DNA of 64,000 nucleotides from Octopus sinensis (GCF_006345805.1 NC_042997.1:67828001-67892000), one strand, 5' to 3'; numbered from the stretch's first letter, positions 1 through 12,725 are shown. Numbers and translations: made by a program. Notes: generated from the letters alone by a model not told the origin.

Positions 1-17
1 GCGCGTGTACATGTGTA

Positions 18-76
18 ATGTATGTATGTATGTATGTATGTATGTATGTATGTATGTATGTATGTATGTATGTATG
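18..76. repeat. (ATGT)n microsatellite
   Basis: Direct tandem atgt units; explains the MYVC-repeat ORF at 22. Confidence 0.95.
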
Positions 77-579
77 AATGTATCTCCATCCTGGCTGTAA
101 CATTCGACTACATCTGCTGGTTAGGAATTTCTGGAGTTGTGGGGAGCATGAGGTATCCCTTAATCACTATTATTTCCAGGCTCGTTACTACCCGGAACGG
201 TAGTACCTGCCAGAGCACCATCTATGGGTTAAATAGATTTTCTAGGGATAGAGGGTGCTCCTGTTACTTTTGACAAAGCCGTGAGGAAAGCAGTTCTAGG
301 AGAAAGATACTCTGACATAAAACTTGCTGTCAAAATTGTACAAGTCATCTTGCACTGCTTGTCACTGGGACTTACTATGGCGACCGAGAGAGTGGCAAAA
401 GTGTTGTATAAACTGTTGACATTTAAAAGTCAAAGACGTATAGATGTCTCACTAGCTGTGAGACAGCTATCATATGATGATATCATAAGATGAGGCAATC
501 ATCATGTATGTGTGTATGTCCATAACATGTGAGAACACGTCATCTAGCAAAAAAGAGGAAAATAATGCACCGAGTGAGA

Positions 580-735
580 AAGAGAGAGAGAGAAAGGGAG
601 AGAGAGAGACGGAGAGAGAGAGAAAGGAAGAGAAAGAGAGGGGGAGAAAGACAGATGGAGAGGAAGAGAAAGTAGGAGAGAGAGAAAGAGAGACAATGAG
701 AGGGAGAGAGTTAATAAAAGAGAAGCGAGGCAGCT
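580..735. repeat. GA-rich purine low-complexity tract
   Basis: Degenerate (GA)n/GAAA run. Confidence 0.85.
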
Positions 736-970
736 AACGAAAGAGAAAGAGAAAATATAATATGAAGAACAGCATTGTATGACTAATCGAAGTCTTCATG
801 ACTGATAGAGGAGGTCAGCATGAGTGTTGTATTGTCAATTAAGTACAGTTCATTCATTTGATCGCTGTTTCCAAAAAAGTTTTCCCGTGAATTTTTTTTT
901 GTTTTAGAAATTTCGGATTGATCTAAAAAGTATTTTCCATTTTTAGTTATTACATATATATATAAAAAAA

Positions 971-1830
971 AACCGTCTAAATTCGTTTAACGCCATAAAT
1001 GATAACACGTTTTATTCACTGCCTGTAAATATTCACGTCTTTCTATTTGTATGGCATCGTTTAATAGATCTCGCTTCTTTTGTTCCATTAACTACTTATG
1101 TAGCTGGCTGGCATAACAGATTTTCATTTCAGTGTTCAGAACTGCACTGAATCGACATATCCAGGAATCCAATTTTCCGGTCATGTCACTATTTTTCACT
1201 TTCTTTCACTAGTTATCGTCTTGTTCTGGAATGATTATGCGATCAATACACATTTAAATCTGCAGTACATTTTCGCATTATCAGTCGGTGGGACCTACTC
1301 AACGGACTTTCATTCAGATGTAATGCTCAGTAAGAAATATTAGCATATCTTTCAAATGAGCAATTTAGGTACCTGTCTGTATCTTCCTTATCTATCATAG
1401 TATTTTTCTTCTTAACGATCATACACTATGTAACATTATAAAAGAAATTACATCGCTTCATACCATTTCAGAAGCGGCCACATTAAAAACAACGTAATTT
1501 TTGTAAAGTTATTTCTTATATATATATGAACGCTTGGAGTGTTTAGGTTGTTTGAAACAGAAATACATGGCATACAGATCTATCTTAAAAGCGTTTGTGA
1601 TGTAAATGAAATTAAATAAAATAACGCAAATCTCGAACCTTAAAACTATGAAATGACATACGCCATCATTAGTTGTCATTAAAAATAATGAGCTCACTAT
1701 GATTATTTATCCATGAGTAAATTTAGAAACAAACAAATTATTCTGTCTACTTATCTGGATTTCTAGTTATCGGGAAAGCAATTTTGAGATTGTTTTCAAG
1801 ACGTTGACATAAGAAAAGTGTAATCACAGA
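971..1830 (+). pseudogene. Toll-like receptor remnant (LRR, LRRCT, TM, TIR)
   Basis: One frame from 971 reads NRLNSFNAINDNTFYSLP...SELH*IDISRNPIFRSC (LRR into NPxxCxC-like cap), then YLSVSSLSIIVFFFLTIIHY (TM, 1370-1430), then VISY..NAWSV (TIR box1-like). A shifted frame reads NYEMTYAII...QIILSTYLDF*LSGKQF* (box3-like). Several stops and a frameshift. Confidence 0.62.
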
Positions 1831-2074
1831 TGTAAGATTATAGATGTATAATGGAAGCTATGTAATTAAGAATGCTTAGGAATGTCTCGTGAAATATATG
1901 TGCAATTAAGAATACGTAATTAGGATAGAAACATTAAATCAGGAATCTATAATTAGTAATATGTAATTACATAAGAACAAGATTACTAAAGATCGTTAGA
2001 CAAAGCTAATAATATTCTATGAACTGTGGGCAATATATCGCTCATGGACGTGTTTAATAGGAAAAACAGATAGA

Positions 2075-2170
2075 CCCTCCGTCGGTTTCGACGATGAGTA
2101 TTCGAGTTATTCGATCAACAGAGCTACAAATACATTGAATTACAGTAGGTTGAGTATTCCACAGATACTT
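2075..2170 (-). mobile_element. Degenerate SINE 3' tail fragment
   Basis: Matches the reverse complement of the tail of the SINE at 19577-19817 (ctcc.tc.gtt.cgacgatgag...gatcaac). Confidence 0.4.
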
Positions 2171-2269
2171 GTCATCGTAGTCGTGGTCGTACGGTTTTGA
2201 AGCACGTTGAGGACATTACGACCAAAGTCTTCTCGATTAAGATATACTGGAATTCATTCCGAATTTCTC

Positions 2270-2330
2270 ATAGTGTTTTCTTGGCAAGGATAATTGAGTG
2301 GTTTGCCATTACTTTCTCCAACTGACTGGC
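2270..2330 (+). mobile_element. RTE/BovB-type 3' tail fragment
   Basis: ttttcttggcaaggataattgagtggtttgccattactttctcc resembles the RTE/BovB tail motif (ttggcaaagatactggagtggtttgccatttccttctcc) as I recall it. Confidence 0.4.
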
Positions 2331-2732
2331 CATTGGCTCACAAAGAGCTCATCTTTCCTTCGACAGGGCATGGTTTTCGTTCTGCTGAGTGTCCAGATAC
2401 CTTCCTCACACGAGTAGCAAGCTATTCAAGTCGGGGAACCGGTTTGTTGTCGACCACTCAACCCTGGAGCAGGTAGTACTGTTTTACATGATACAAATTG
2501 CAGCTCTCATCAGTCTGTGATGAGATCACAGACCAGATACTTGTACTTTTAATATAATCTTCAATAAGAATCAGAATCAGTGTGTAGTATGACTGGCTCT
2601 CTGAATTCCATCTGATGATCGTGTATGTAGTTCTAGTCGAACCAATTGTATTCACAATCCTTAAGAACTTCATGACTGAGAAGCGAGCGTCTCAATCATT
2701 CTGCCATACAGGTGACCTGAATATTTTTTACC

Positions 2733-2736
<4 letters not shown>

Positions 2737-2816
<80 letters not shown>
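2737..2816. repeat. (CA)n microsatellite
   Basis: Pure CA run. Confidence 0.95.
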
Positions 2817-2818
<2 letters not shown>

Positions 2819-3042
2819 CGCGCGCACAGACATATGTATGCATGTTTCTGAATGGGATTTTTTCCTTTACTGAATTCAAGCCGGCCACAAAATGATAAGA
2901 CTATTTTGTTTAATGAAAGACAGCTCTTGTGACGAAATTGTAAGGTGTTATTCAGGTACTCAGCTATGAGTTCACATCTTAAAGTGGAAACAGCTGTAAG
3001 CTAATGAAGTCCATGAGATCATTTATTCATTTGCCATCCCTT

Positions 3043-3091
<49 letters not shown>

Positions 3092-3108
3092 GCACACACA
3101 CACACATA

Positions 3109-3339
3109 CAGGGTGGCCCCAAAATATATTACAGTTATTCAACTATCTCTTTCGCATTCACATATTAACAGTTTAGATCTTAATTATGAAAAAAAACAGA
3201 AACCGTTATTCTATGCTAATTTAATTTTGTCAAGTTCCCTTTTCAGTTTGTAAGATAGAAATTTAAATATAATAAAATGTTTTAAAAGAAATTTAAAGTG
3301 CCCACGTGATAACTGTAAACCTACTTTTGGGCCACCCTG
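3109..3339. mobile_element. Tc1/mariner-type MITE
   Basis: Imperfect TIRs cagggtggccccaaaa..ttacagtt / aactgtaaacctacttttgggccaccctg; TA at 3107-3108 and 3340-3341; sits inside an AT/CA microsatellite. Confidence 0.85.
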
Positions 3340-3401
<62 letters not shown>

Positions 3402-3405
3402 AATA

Positions 3406-3938
3406 TCTATAAATCTGAAATGCGAAAAGTTTGTTTGTCTGGTGTTGGCATTGGAACAGGTTAAAGAGCACTAGATCCCGTCAGATTGACTCCAAAATTT
3501 ACAGGGACATGTAAAATGAGGTGAGGTTGCAAGTGGGCTAGATTAGAAATCCCTATCTTAAAAGGTGTCGTTACTAGGGCAAAACACGCACTCTTTGACA
3601 AGTCTCCTCTCATTCTCTTATCTGCATGTTTTCCTCCGTCTCTCTCTGTTTCCTCCCTTCCCATCACTTTCCCTCTATAAGGACGTTTCATAAGGACGTT
3701 TCATAAGGACGTTTTCCCCCGCTGCCTTTGCCAGCGCTGTCCCTCTTTCCCTCACTGCCTCCCCCTCTCTCTCTGTATGTCTGTCTGCATTCATAGAGAG
3801 TTTTATTATCGCCACAACCACCACAACACAATCATGAGAACAAATATTATGAATCAGATATTTATAGGGTTAATTTATGTGTATGTGTGTGTGTTCTATA
3901 TATAATGTATATTTATACAAAGTGTATATATCTGTATT

Positions 3939-3970
<32 letters not shown>

Positions 3971-5315
3971 ATTTGTATACATTTGTATACATAATGCGTA
4001 CACACACACACACACATATATAATGCGTATATATATATAATGTGTGCATTATGTGGTCGGTTGATCTGAAAATATGCACACCTACACTTGCGTCAGAAAT
4101 TAATTAGCACTTCTCAAATTTCGACATTAAATAGGTTAAATCAATTAACCTATGAGCTGTTCAAAACGTCTTACGCGATGAGAAAACTTAGTATGGTGTG
4201 ATTTCGGTCCTTGCGAGGCGCTACCTATATCTATTAAACAAAGGAAGATTTGTCTGCATCCGCACTCCAATTTGTTGCACTGCTATGTCAACATCATAAG
4301 GCTGTAGACTCTCAAACTGCTCTGCAAACAAAGTTACGTCATCGTTCTGCGCAACAGTGAACTCGCAACAAAGCAATAGTTCGAGATATGGCCACTAGGT
4401 GACAGCACATACCTTGAGTGAAGAGCAAATCAAGGGTGCTAATTAATTTCTGACGCAAGTGTATGTTAAAAGTGCTGGCGAGTTTGCATGGCAACTAATT
4501 TTTTCCTCAAATGAAAGGCGTGACCCCCAAGGACAAAATTCCTCATCTTATAAATTGTGGCCCGATTAGACCTGAATGAAATCGGGTTATAGTAACCAAA
4601 ATGTGAAAAGGGGTCTAAATGGGGCTGGAAGGGGATTAAAATTTCAAGGAGCGAGTGTTTAGGAGTTCTCTGTTACATCAAGCTAAAAAATTTGCGCCAG
4701 CCTTTAAATCTCCAATGTGTTGCCGTCCATGATGAAGAAGTTTTGAATGCTTGCATTGGTGAGTCTACTGTCGTGAGAAAGAATCACTTCAAAACTTGGT
4801 GTTTAGGAATTTTCTTTTACATCAAGTTCAAAATTTTACGCCAGCCGTTAAACTGCCACTACGTTGCTGTCCGTCGTTAAGAAATGCCAGCCATGGCGAC
4901 TCTACTATCCTCGGGTTCTATCCCTTCAAACTTTGGTTTCCAATATTTTTTTATTTTTATTCAGCTCGCAAGTTCGTCTGTCCCTTTCAAATGTTAGTGT
5001 TTTGCTGTCTGCCTTGAAGCAGACCTTTCCGTTGTCACTGCCTGATATTTATGATTGATCTTTCAAAATATTTTTCCTCAACTTACTCAAGATCTTTTGT
5101 TGTTTATAAATGGGAGAGAGATAGGTAGAGAAAGATAGAGAGTAAGAGAAAGCGAAGGCGAATCCGAGAGAAAGAAAGAGTAGGAGAGTAGGAAAGTGAG
5201 AGAGAAAGGAGAGAGAAACAAAGAGAGAGAATGTGGTGATAAAAAACAGAAAGGAAGCAACAGAAAGTAACAACCACACTCTTACCCGCACGTAGAGCGG
5301 GTCACCTTAAGCTAG
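3406..5315 (+). mobile_element. Non-autonomous Helitron-like element
   Basis: 5' A|TCtataaatctgaaatgcgaaaagtttgtttgtctg; 3' hairpin acccgc-acgtaga-gcgggt (5284-5302) then CTAG|T (5312-5315); no TSD. Linking the two ends is inferred. Confidence 0.6.
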
Positions 5316-5346
<31 letters not shown>

Positions 5347-5500
5347 TAATTGCGCCCTTTTAAAGCATAGACAGCCTCATGGGCCCAGTTTTCCCGGTTT
5401 CTATGGCGTATGTGTTCCCCAGCTGGACGGGACGCCAGTCCATCGCAGCGTTACTCATTTTTGCCAGCTGAGTGGACTGGAGCAACGTGAAATGAAGTGT
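5347..5500 (-). mobile_element. CORE-like SINE, 5'-truncated (tail type a)
   Basis: ctcatttttgccagctgagtggactggagcaacgtgaaatgaagtgtc central block shared with 5960-6290, 19577-19817 and 49790-50020. Confidence 0.75.
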
Positions 5501-5959
5501 CTATTAGTTATGCTTTGGTAGTTTAATTACTATTTTCCCAAAACTATTTTGGTAGTTTATTAATATTTTTATACGTTCACTATTCTCCAATTTATAAGCC
5601 CAATATATCTCTCTTACACACCAGATGTTTGGATAATACAGAACTGTTGCAATATTTTGAATATTTTTTGTAAAAAATTGTAATCTAGAAATATTACAAT
5701 TGTCATAATTGTTCTATTTCATCAAAGTTATTGGTATGGATTCTATTGCAGTGGTCACTTATCAATAATTGCCAGAACAACGATAACAACGAAGCAGACG
5801 ATATCGATGAAGTAGATGAAAGAGACAAGGCAAAATACGCAAACAGTAACTGCTTTCTCTCACACATTCATACACTGGTAATGCGAGGTGTAATGTTAAG
5901 ATATACTTCATTTATTTATCTCAAATGTTTACACTATTTAATTTATCTATGTATAACCT

Positions 5960-6290
5960 GAGACACCCTTCGGTCACGACACTGATCATGGGATTGCACC
6001 TAGAAAGTTACCCTCCCAGGCACAAGTCCGGGCAACATTGTTTATGGAAGACCAGCAGTCGCCCATGCATACCGGCCTCCCATCTCCATGCCACCAGTGT
6101 TATCCAAGGGAAAGGCAAAGGGGCTGATACAGCTTGGCACCTGTGACGTCGCAACTCATTTTTACATCTGAGTGAACTGGAGCAACGTGAAATAAAGTGT
6201 CTTGCTCAACAACACAACAGCCCGGTCCGGGATTCGAGCTCACAACCTCACGATCGTAAGCTTGACGTTCTAACCACTGAGACATGCGCC
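5960..6290 (-). mobile_element. tRNA-headed CORE-like SINE (tail type b)
   Basis: Minus strand starts ggcgcatgtctcagtggttag (A-box-like)...gagctcgaatccc (B-box-like), followed by the shared central block. Confidence 0.8.
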
Positions 6291-6699
6291 TTCGCAGTTT
6301 ACAAATAATTAATAATTTTATGAATATTTGATGGACATTTTGGTGGAAAATAACCTCGCTAACGCTAATTGTAGAGTATCATGTGGAGAAAGTATCTATC
6401 TTATACCTGTGTGCATACTTGCACACCCATATATATACACGAATTCATATATACATACATACATTCATACATACATACATACATACATAAATACATACAT
6501 ACATACATACATACACAAAAAGGAGAAGAAACACGCATCATTACAGCAAAAAACAACGAATAGGTACATATTTCGCAAGCTAGAGGATAACAGCAGCATT
6601 GACAGGACGAGTGGCTGCAAAATGTTACGCGTACCTATTTACTCTTGAGATGTGATATAATGTCAAAAACTATTTATAATGCTATCCGCAGGAAGGATT

Positions 6700-7130
6700 G
6701 CCATAACGTATACATCAAAGGCATGTCAGAACCAGAATGTATTTATAGCTTTAAAACAAAGAATAGAGATTGATAGATTGACAGATAGACCGAAATATGA
6801 TTGCGTTCATTCGTTCAAAGAAATCCACAATTAATAGAATTCGATGGCAAAAACTGAGTTACTTTATATTAAGTGTTTTTTTTAAATAAATGTCTACTGT
6901 CCTCTCTTTTGAGACAACTAATAGTGAGTAGCTTATTGGGACCATTCTATATTATTTTTATTAGTATGACTGGAATAAAATTTTCTTACTTCTAATAATG
7001 GTAGCGGAATTATTTAATTAGTTGTTTTCGTTCACTATGATGTGATTAAAATCGAAACATGATGGCATTTTTGCAAGGAATTCTGAATAGAAGTAGAACT
7101 TTTAGTGTATGGCAGATGCACTTTGCTAGG
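6700..7130 (+). pseudogene. Possible TLR LRRCT/TM remnant
   Basis: Hand translation gives PKYDCVHS then LRQLIVSSLLGPFYIIFISMTGIKFSYF (TM-like) and GILNRSRT; heavily degraded. Confidence 0.35.
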
Positions 7131-7469
7131 AATGGTCAAGTGGAGAGGCATCATTGATCCTCATTTAAATTCTAATCTCTCACTTGACAGCTCTTTGCAT
7201 CACATCCCGATATCCCACTTAATCTTGTGGGATAAACCAAGTACATGAACGGTGTTAACCATGTACCAGTAGGCGAAAGACTCAGTAAGGCTTCCCAAGG
7301 TCAACAGTTCGAGGCCAAGGCGTATTTCAGGCAGAGGCATGGTATTGGGGGCCAACAGCTTGGAAAAGAATAGGCACCGTCAATCTAACTTACTCATAAT
7401 ACATTAATGTTGATAGCAACCAGACCAAAATCTATATTAGATCAGTCGTCGTCTGAATTAACTGGCGAA

Positions 7470-7596
7470 TTAAAGAGTGGACAGGCTTTAGTGTTGCCGA
7501 CCCTCAGAGGGCAGCAGAAGACCGGGAGAAGTGGAAAAATCTGGTTAGGACGTCATCAACAACTGTCACCATGACCACATGATCAAGAGATAGGAA
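7470..7596 (+). mobile_element. RTE-clade LINE 3' end fragment
   Basis: Translates IKEWTGFSVADPQRAAEDREKWKNLVRTSS, a typical RTE ORF C-terminus; ends at a (TA)n tract. Confidence 0.6.
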
Positions 7597-7600
7597 AGGG

Positions 7601-7659
<59 letters not shown>

Positions 7660-7913
7660 CATATATATTATTCACCCCTGGCACTCTTAGTCACATTTAG
7701 TGACGACTGAATTCCCCCCACCCCACATGTATATAGATATATTTATCCATCCATCATCCATCCATACACACATACACATATATGAGGGTTTTTTTCTCTG
7801 GCTTGCAAAATTCTTTATGTGAATTTGTGTGCTGACACAAATTTTGTTGTGTCTGAGGTAGTGCGTGTGTTAATAATATTGGCATAATGACTCACTCTAG
7901 GCACAGCAAAATA

Positions 7914-8529
7914 TGTGAGGGTTCTACTGAAAGTAATGCAAAAGTAGACAAAACGTCTTTATTAACTGACACAGGTCATTCAAATTGCAATGATCGGCAA
8001 AGAAGGTCATTGAGAAAGGCATCTTTCTCTTTGATTTTCTGGAATGTGGCTGCACTGTGAACAACCAGAGCCACAAAAAATGTTTAGAGGAAGAAGCCTA
8101 ACAAAAATCTGAAAAACACGTCCGCATTCACAATGAGAAAGAGCAACCGCATCCATCATTGACAACGAATCATGCAGTTTGCAAATTGGGTTGGTCAGTG
8201 GCCTTCCATCAAACATAGAGCTCAGATTTAGCGATTCCTCAACTTCCATCTGAAGGACAGTCTTTGGCAACAACGATTTGAAGACACAGACGAGGTGAAA
8301 GTGACTGTAATTAAGTGGATATAACAATGCAACCTTGAATTTCTAATAAAGAGGTTTCGGGAGTTTGGTTTAACGATAGTGCAAACGCATTGCTTTCGTA
8401 TAGAGACTAAGTTAGATTATATCTCTGTATAGAGAAAAAGTTACTCTACAAGCCTGTGTAATTTGAATGACCGAGTGTCGTTTAATAAAAAAAGTTGTCT
8501 GGTCTTGCATTACTTTCGGTCAAACTTTA
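7914..8529 (+). mobile_element. Internally deleted mariner
   Basis: TIR-like ends gagggttctactgaaagtaatgcaa / ttgcattactttcggtcaaactt; C-terminal transposase remnants KGIFLFDFLE, KLGWSV, SSDLA, RFEDTDEVKVTVIKW. Confidence 0.75.
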
Positions 8530-8595
8530 CACACACACACACACGCGCACACACTCACACACACACACACACGCGCGTGCGCACGCACACACACA

Positions 8596-8629
<34 letters not shown>

Positions 8630-8754
8630 ATGTACACACATGGGTGAATAAGATAAAGCTATTACAATAAAATTACCATATCAATTGTACTGCTACCGTG
8701 AAAGAATAATTCTATGTCTGAAATGTATGGCAAGGATAATCATATATCATAAAT

Positions 8755-9520
8755 TTGAATCTGTTTAAATGTTGCGCCTTAATGATTCAAGATCCGAAAA
8801 ATGAGCTTGTTTGTCTCACATACAAGTGGGAAAAACACGGTTATTATGTATAAACATTTTTTTTCTAAATTATTTACATTCGATAAAATATATATCGATA
8901 GTTTTATTAGTAATTTTATATGTTCATGCTAACTGCGGTCATCGTTATGTTACCTTGTACACACACACACATTCACCCCACCTCATTTATATGATTTCTT
9001 TCATTTAATTATATCAGTAGCGTCATGTCATTCTCGGATTTTATTTCAAAATTGCAGCATAAATATACCAGTCGTTTTACAAGATTTATCAGTTTGGCGT
9101 TGAACGTGGTGAATAATTCTATTTTTTTTTTATTGACTTCATTTCTTCTAGACTGATATACTGGTTTCGACAATAATCTTCTCAAGTATCGCTTACTCTT
9201 AATCTGGCTGCCAATTTCTCTGACCGATTTCAAGTTAGAAAGCTTGTTCTATTATGGAAGATAATATTAACCTGATGAGGTCATATTATGAATATCTTTC
9301 TGTCTTTTTTTTCCACATTTTTTGTGTAAAGAGTAGGCATGATTTACTGCTTTATTCAAGCAAGCATATAATCGTGTTACATAAGTGAATAGAAATAGCT
9401 TCAAATGAGGATATAAATCTTGATTCCTCGGGATATTAAAGATTTCTTCGGACTATACGGAAAGTTTACTTTCTTTCATAATAGCCACCGTGGTTCGAAT
9501 GTTTTCTCTTTAGATGGGAA
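8755..9520 (+). pseudogene. Toll-like receptor remnant (LRRCT, TM, TIR)
   Basis: NLFKCC..KNELVCL (LRRCT-like); FLNYLHSIKYISIVLLVILYV (TM); then across frameshifts DFISS..YWF / FDNNLLKY / TDFKL / SIMEDNINLMRS..LSVFFSTF / ILIPRDIKDF, collinear with TIR box1, the RDF motif and later strands. Confidence 0.58.
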
Positions 9521-9571
9521 CTAAAATAACTAGGCTAATGGATACATCATTATTAATATATAACAGAATGC

Positions 9572-10017
9572 AGCGAACTGGCAGAATCGTTAGCACGCCG
9601 GGCAGAATGCTTAAATGCATTTCTTCCATCTTCACGTTCTCAGTTCAAATACCAGGAAGTTCGATTTTATCTTTCATATTTTCGGGGTTCATAAAATAAG
9701 GACCTTTTAAGCTCTGGGGTCGATGTAATCGACTAGCCCCCTCCCACAAAATTGTTGTCTTTGAACGAAAATTTGATAAAATTATGAGTATTTAATTGAG
9801 AGCAGTGAGCTGGCAGGATCGTTAGCACGCCGGACAAAATGAATAGCCGCATTTCTTCCGGTTTTACGTTCTGAGTTCAAATGCTGCCGAGCTCGATTTT
9901 ACCTTTCATATCTTCGGTGTCGATAAAATAAAGATCATTTGAGTTCTGGGGTCGATATAATCGACTAGGCCCCTCCTCTAAAACCTGTTCGCCTTGCGCT
10001 AAAATCTGAAACCATTA
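9572..10017 (+). mobile_element. Two adjacent copies of the dominant tRNA-headed SINE (family A)
   Basis: Head gagctggcagaatcgttagcacgccgg, B-box-like gagttcaaat, core tttcat..ttcggggtcgataaaataag, ggggtcgatgtaatcgactag. Confidence 0.85.
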
Positions 10018-10646
10018 AGATACAACTGGTATATTATACTATAGGCGCTGTAATTATGAAAGGTAATGTCGATCTTAGTGGGCGCCAAAGCCAAAATAAA
10101 AAAAAAAATTAAAACATGAAATTCACTGCCAGAATATATTTATTGATTAAGAATTACATAGTTTCTGACACCTAACCAAGACAGTACTGATTTTTCACAG
10201 AATATAGCCAAAATGAGGGCAGGGAAATTTGAAAATTAGGGTGTACATGTAATCGCCACTAGGGGGCAGTATTCAGAAATTATAAAGCTACGAGAGATGA
10301 GAAAGAATGTTGGATTTGGAGGAATTTGAAGTCAGTACTTAGTTATATAGAACTAAATGTTCGAAACTACATATATTTCTGTCATTCAACCCGCATCAGC
10401 CGAAGATAAAAAAAAACCCGAAACAAAAATAGCAATATTTTCTTCTCAAAGATAAAACTTTGAGAAAAAGAAGTAGTGACTTCAATGATTTTCGGAAACA
10501 ATTATCAATGTGATTAAAATAATTATATTTCAACTTCTTAATTGAAACCCTCATGATGGAATCGATTCGCCAGCTGCTTCTGAAATCCATCAAGTCCTTT
10601 CAAGTCCTTCCTCATCTCATCACTAAAATGAAGATAGTAATCATCC

Positions 10647-10858
10647 TTTCTAATTTTGGCACAGGGCTAGAATTTTTTAGGGATGGGGGAAATCCTTTAC
10701 ATCGACCTCAGTAGTTAACTGGTTCTTATTTTATCGACCTCGAAACGATGATAGACAAAATCGACATCAGCGGCATTTGAACTTGGAACATAATAACGGA
10801 AGAATGTTGCTACATATTTTGTCCGGTGCAGTAACCATTCCGCCAGCTCGCTGCCTTC
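10647..10858 (-). mobile_element. Family A SINE
   Basis: Reverse complement of the same head and core. Confidence 0.8.
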
Positions 10859-11592
10859 AAAGCGATGGTAATAATGGCCTGTTTCTCATACACTTTGCAG
10901 TAGACCGCAGATATCCCGGAATAATTTATTCCGCCAGATTTAAAAATTATAGTGTATGTATAACCGCCACGAGGAAAGTATTCAGAAATTGCTTAGCCTA
11001 TTTATAGAAAAGGATATAGCTTCCACACATAGCGATCGATACTGAAATTAAATGGTTTTGGATAAAGCACGAAAGGTTATCTATAAATTACGGGCGACAT
11101 ATTGGGCAAACCGGTAAACAGATGATTCAAAGGACCCTACCGTGTGATTTAGCCTGAAGATTACGATAAGAGCAAACCATCCGTTGAATGCTACTTATAC
11201 AGTATTTCATGTACTTCAATGAGTTGATAATTTTCATTTTTGAACAACCAGAACACACTTATGTAGAAATCGCTACGTGAATCTATCATATACATGCATA
11301 CATACATACATTCATACATAATAATACGCATACATAATATACATACAAACATATGCACATATGTATTCTAATATTTCGCTTCGGCATTGCGGTACGAATA
11401 TCCTGGTGTTAGAACTCGATATACATATGCTTCAGAACGAAGCGTTTGTCGAATACAGAGCGGTAATAAGAAAATAAGATGATCGAGGAATAAACACTTA
11501 CGAAGTTCATAAGATAATTGATTGTTTATTTCTTTGACAGCTCATTTTCTTATATACAGGTGTATGTATATATATGTGTGTGTGTGTGTATA

Positions 11593-12462
11593 CGTGGTTT
11601 GATCAATAAGTACCTGGACTATTGCTATAGTAACGAAGCTAAAGCTGCTTGGAACATTTTAAACTTGAACTCTGCTGTCATGTGCACTAAGTTTCAACGA
11701 TCTAGCTTACTTCCGTTCTTTACAGCAGTGCTTAGCAGGAAGGTGCGTAGCGTGTGATTGTCGTATATTGATCATGACAGACAAAACTGAGCAGAGATCT
11801 GCATCAAATTTTGCTAAAAGCTTGGCGATACCTGCTCAGAGGTTTACGCAAAGTTTTCCGAAAGTTTTCATCGTTCTTGAAACAATCAAGGAGATCTTGT
11901 GCAACTGAAATCCAAGTGTCTTTTTGGTCAGCCGAAAGCAGTTTTGGCAGACACGAGTCTCATACGCAAATCTTCAGTGATAATGGACTGAACTGAACCG
12001 TAACTAATCTGCATAGCTTCTGATAACTCATGGATGGTGATTCGACGATTTCCCCTCACAGCTGCACACACATCTGCAATATTTGTCTCAGTTCTGCTGG
12101 TTGCAAGTCTCCTTGAACTTTCGTCCTTATCGACATTTTTTCGGCCATGTTGAAAACGTTTGAACCATCCGTACACTTGTGTGTGTCTCCTACACTCTTC
12201 TCCATAGATTTTCTGCAACTTTGCGTTGGTCTCTGAGCAGGAATCGCTATGACAACTCTCTCTGTCATGGTCAATGCGACGATCACACGCTAAACACATT
12301 CCTTCCAAGTATTGTTGTAAGCAACAGAAATGAGCTAGAACGTTAAAACTTAGTGCCCATACACGGCAGAGTCCAAGGTCAATCTGTGCCAAGCGGCTTC
12401 ATTCTGCGTGCTTTAGCTTCATTACTATGGCAACAGTATAGATACTTATTGGTCAGACCTCG
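11593..12462. mobile_element. Mariner derivative made of two 5' halves in inverted orientation
   Basis: TA-flanked TIRs cgtggtttgatcaataagtacc / tacttattggtcagacctcg. The + arm encodes MTDKTEQR..KFC-like N-terminus; the - arm encodes the HTH region VYGWFKRFQHGR...NRRITIHELSEAMQISYGSVQSIITEDL...DENFRK; junction ~11855. Confidence 0.85.
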
Positions 12463-12488
12463 TATATATATATATATATATATCATAT

Positions 12489-12569
<81 letters not shown>

Positions 12570-12725
12570 GGTGTGTATGTATATGTATATTTGTGCACGT
12601 ATGTATATATGTATGTTGTATTTGTGCATGTATGTATCTATGTAGTTATATATTTGTGTGTATGCGTGTATGTGTGCATGCGTGTGTGCAGGTATATAGA
12701 AGTATATGCGCATACGCGTGTGCAT
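12463..12725. repeat. (TA)n and degenerate (TG/TA) microsatellite
   Basis: Direct. Confidence 0.9.

Noticed and set aside
77-500. Coding-like, less AT-rich stretch after the first microsatellite
   Set aside because: No recognisable motif in the frames I translated; left unassigned
971-1830. Idea that A-to-I editing could recode the in-frame stops to Trp and rescue the TLR
   Set aside because: There are too many stops and a frameshift within the TIR part; editing cannot repair indels
5960-6290. tRNA-like heads with A/B boxes (also 49790-50020 and family A heads)
   Set aside because: No complete cloverleaf; each continues into SINE body sequence, so they are not tRNA genes
10300-11100. Additional LRR-like peptides (KLHIFLSFNP, QISRNNLF; also LDDDSFYS near 17970)
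   Set aside because: Too short and isolated to separate from chance without an alignment; not listed as features
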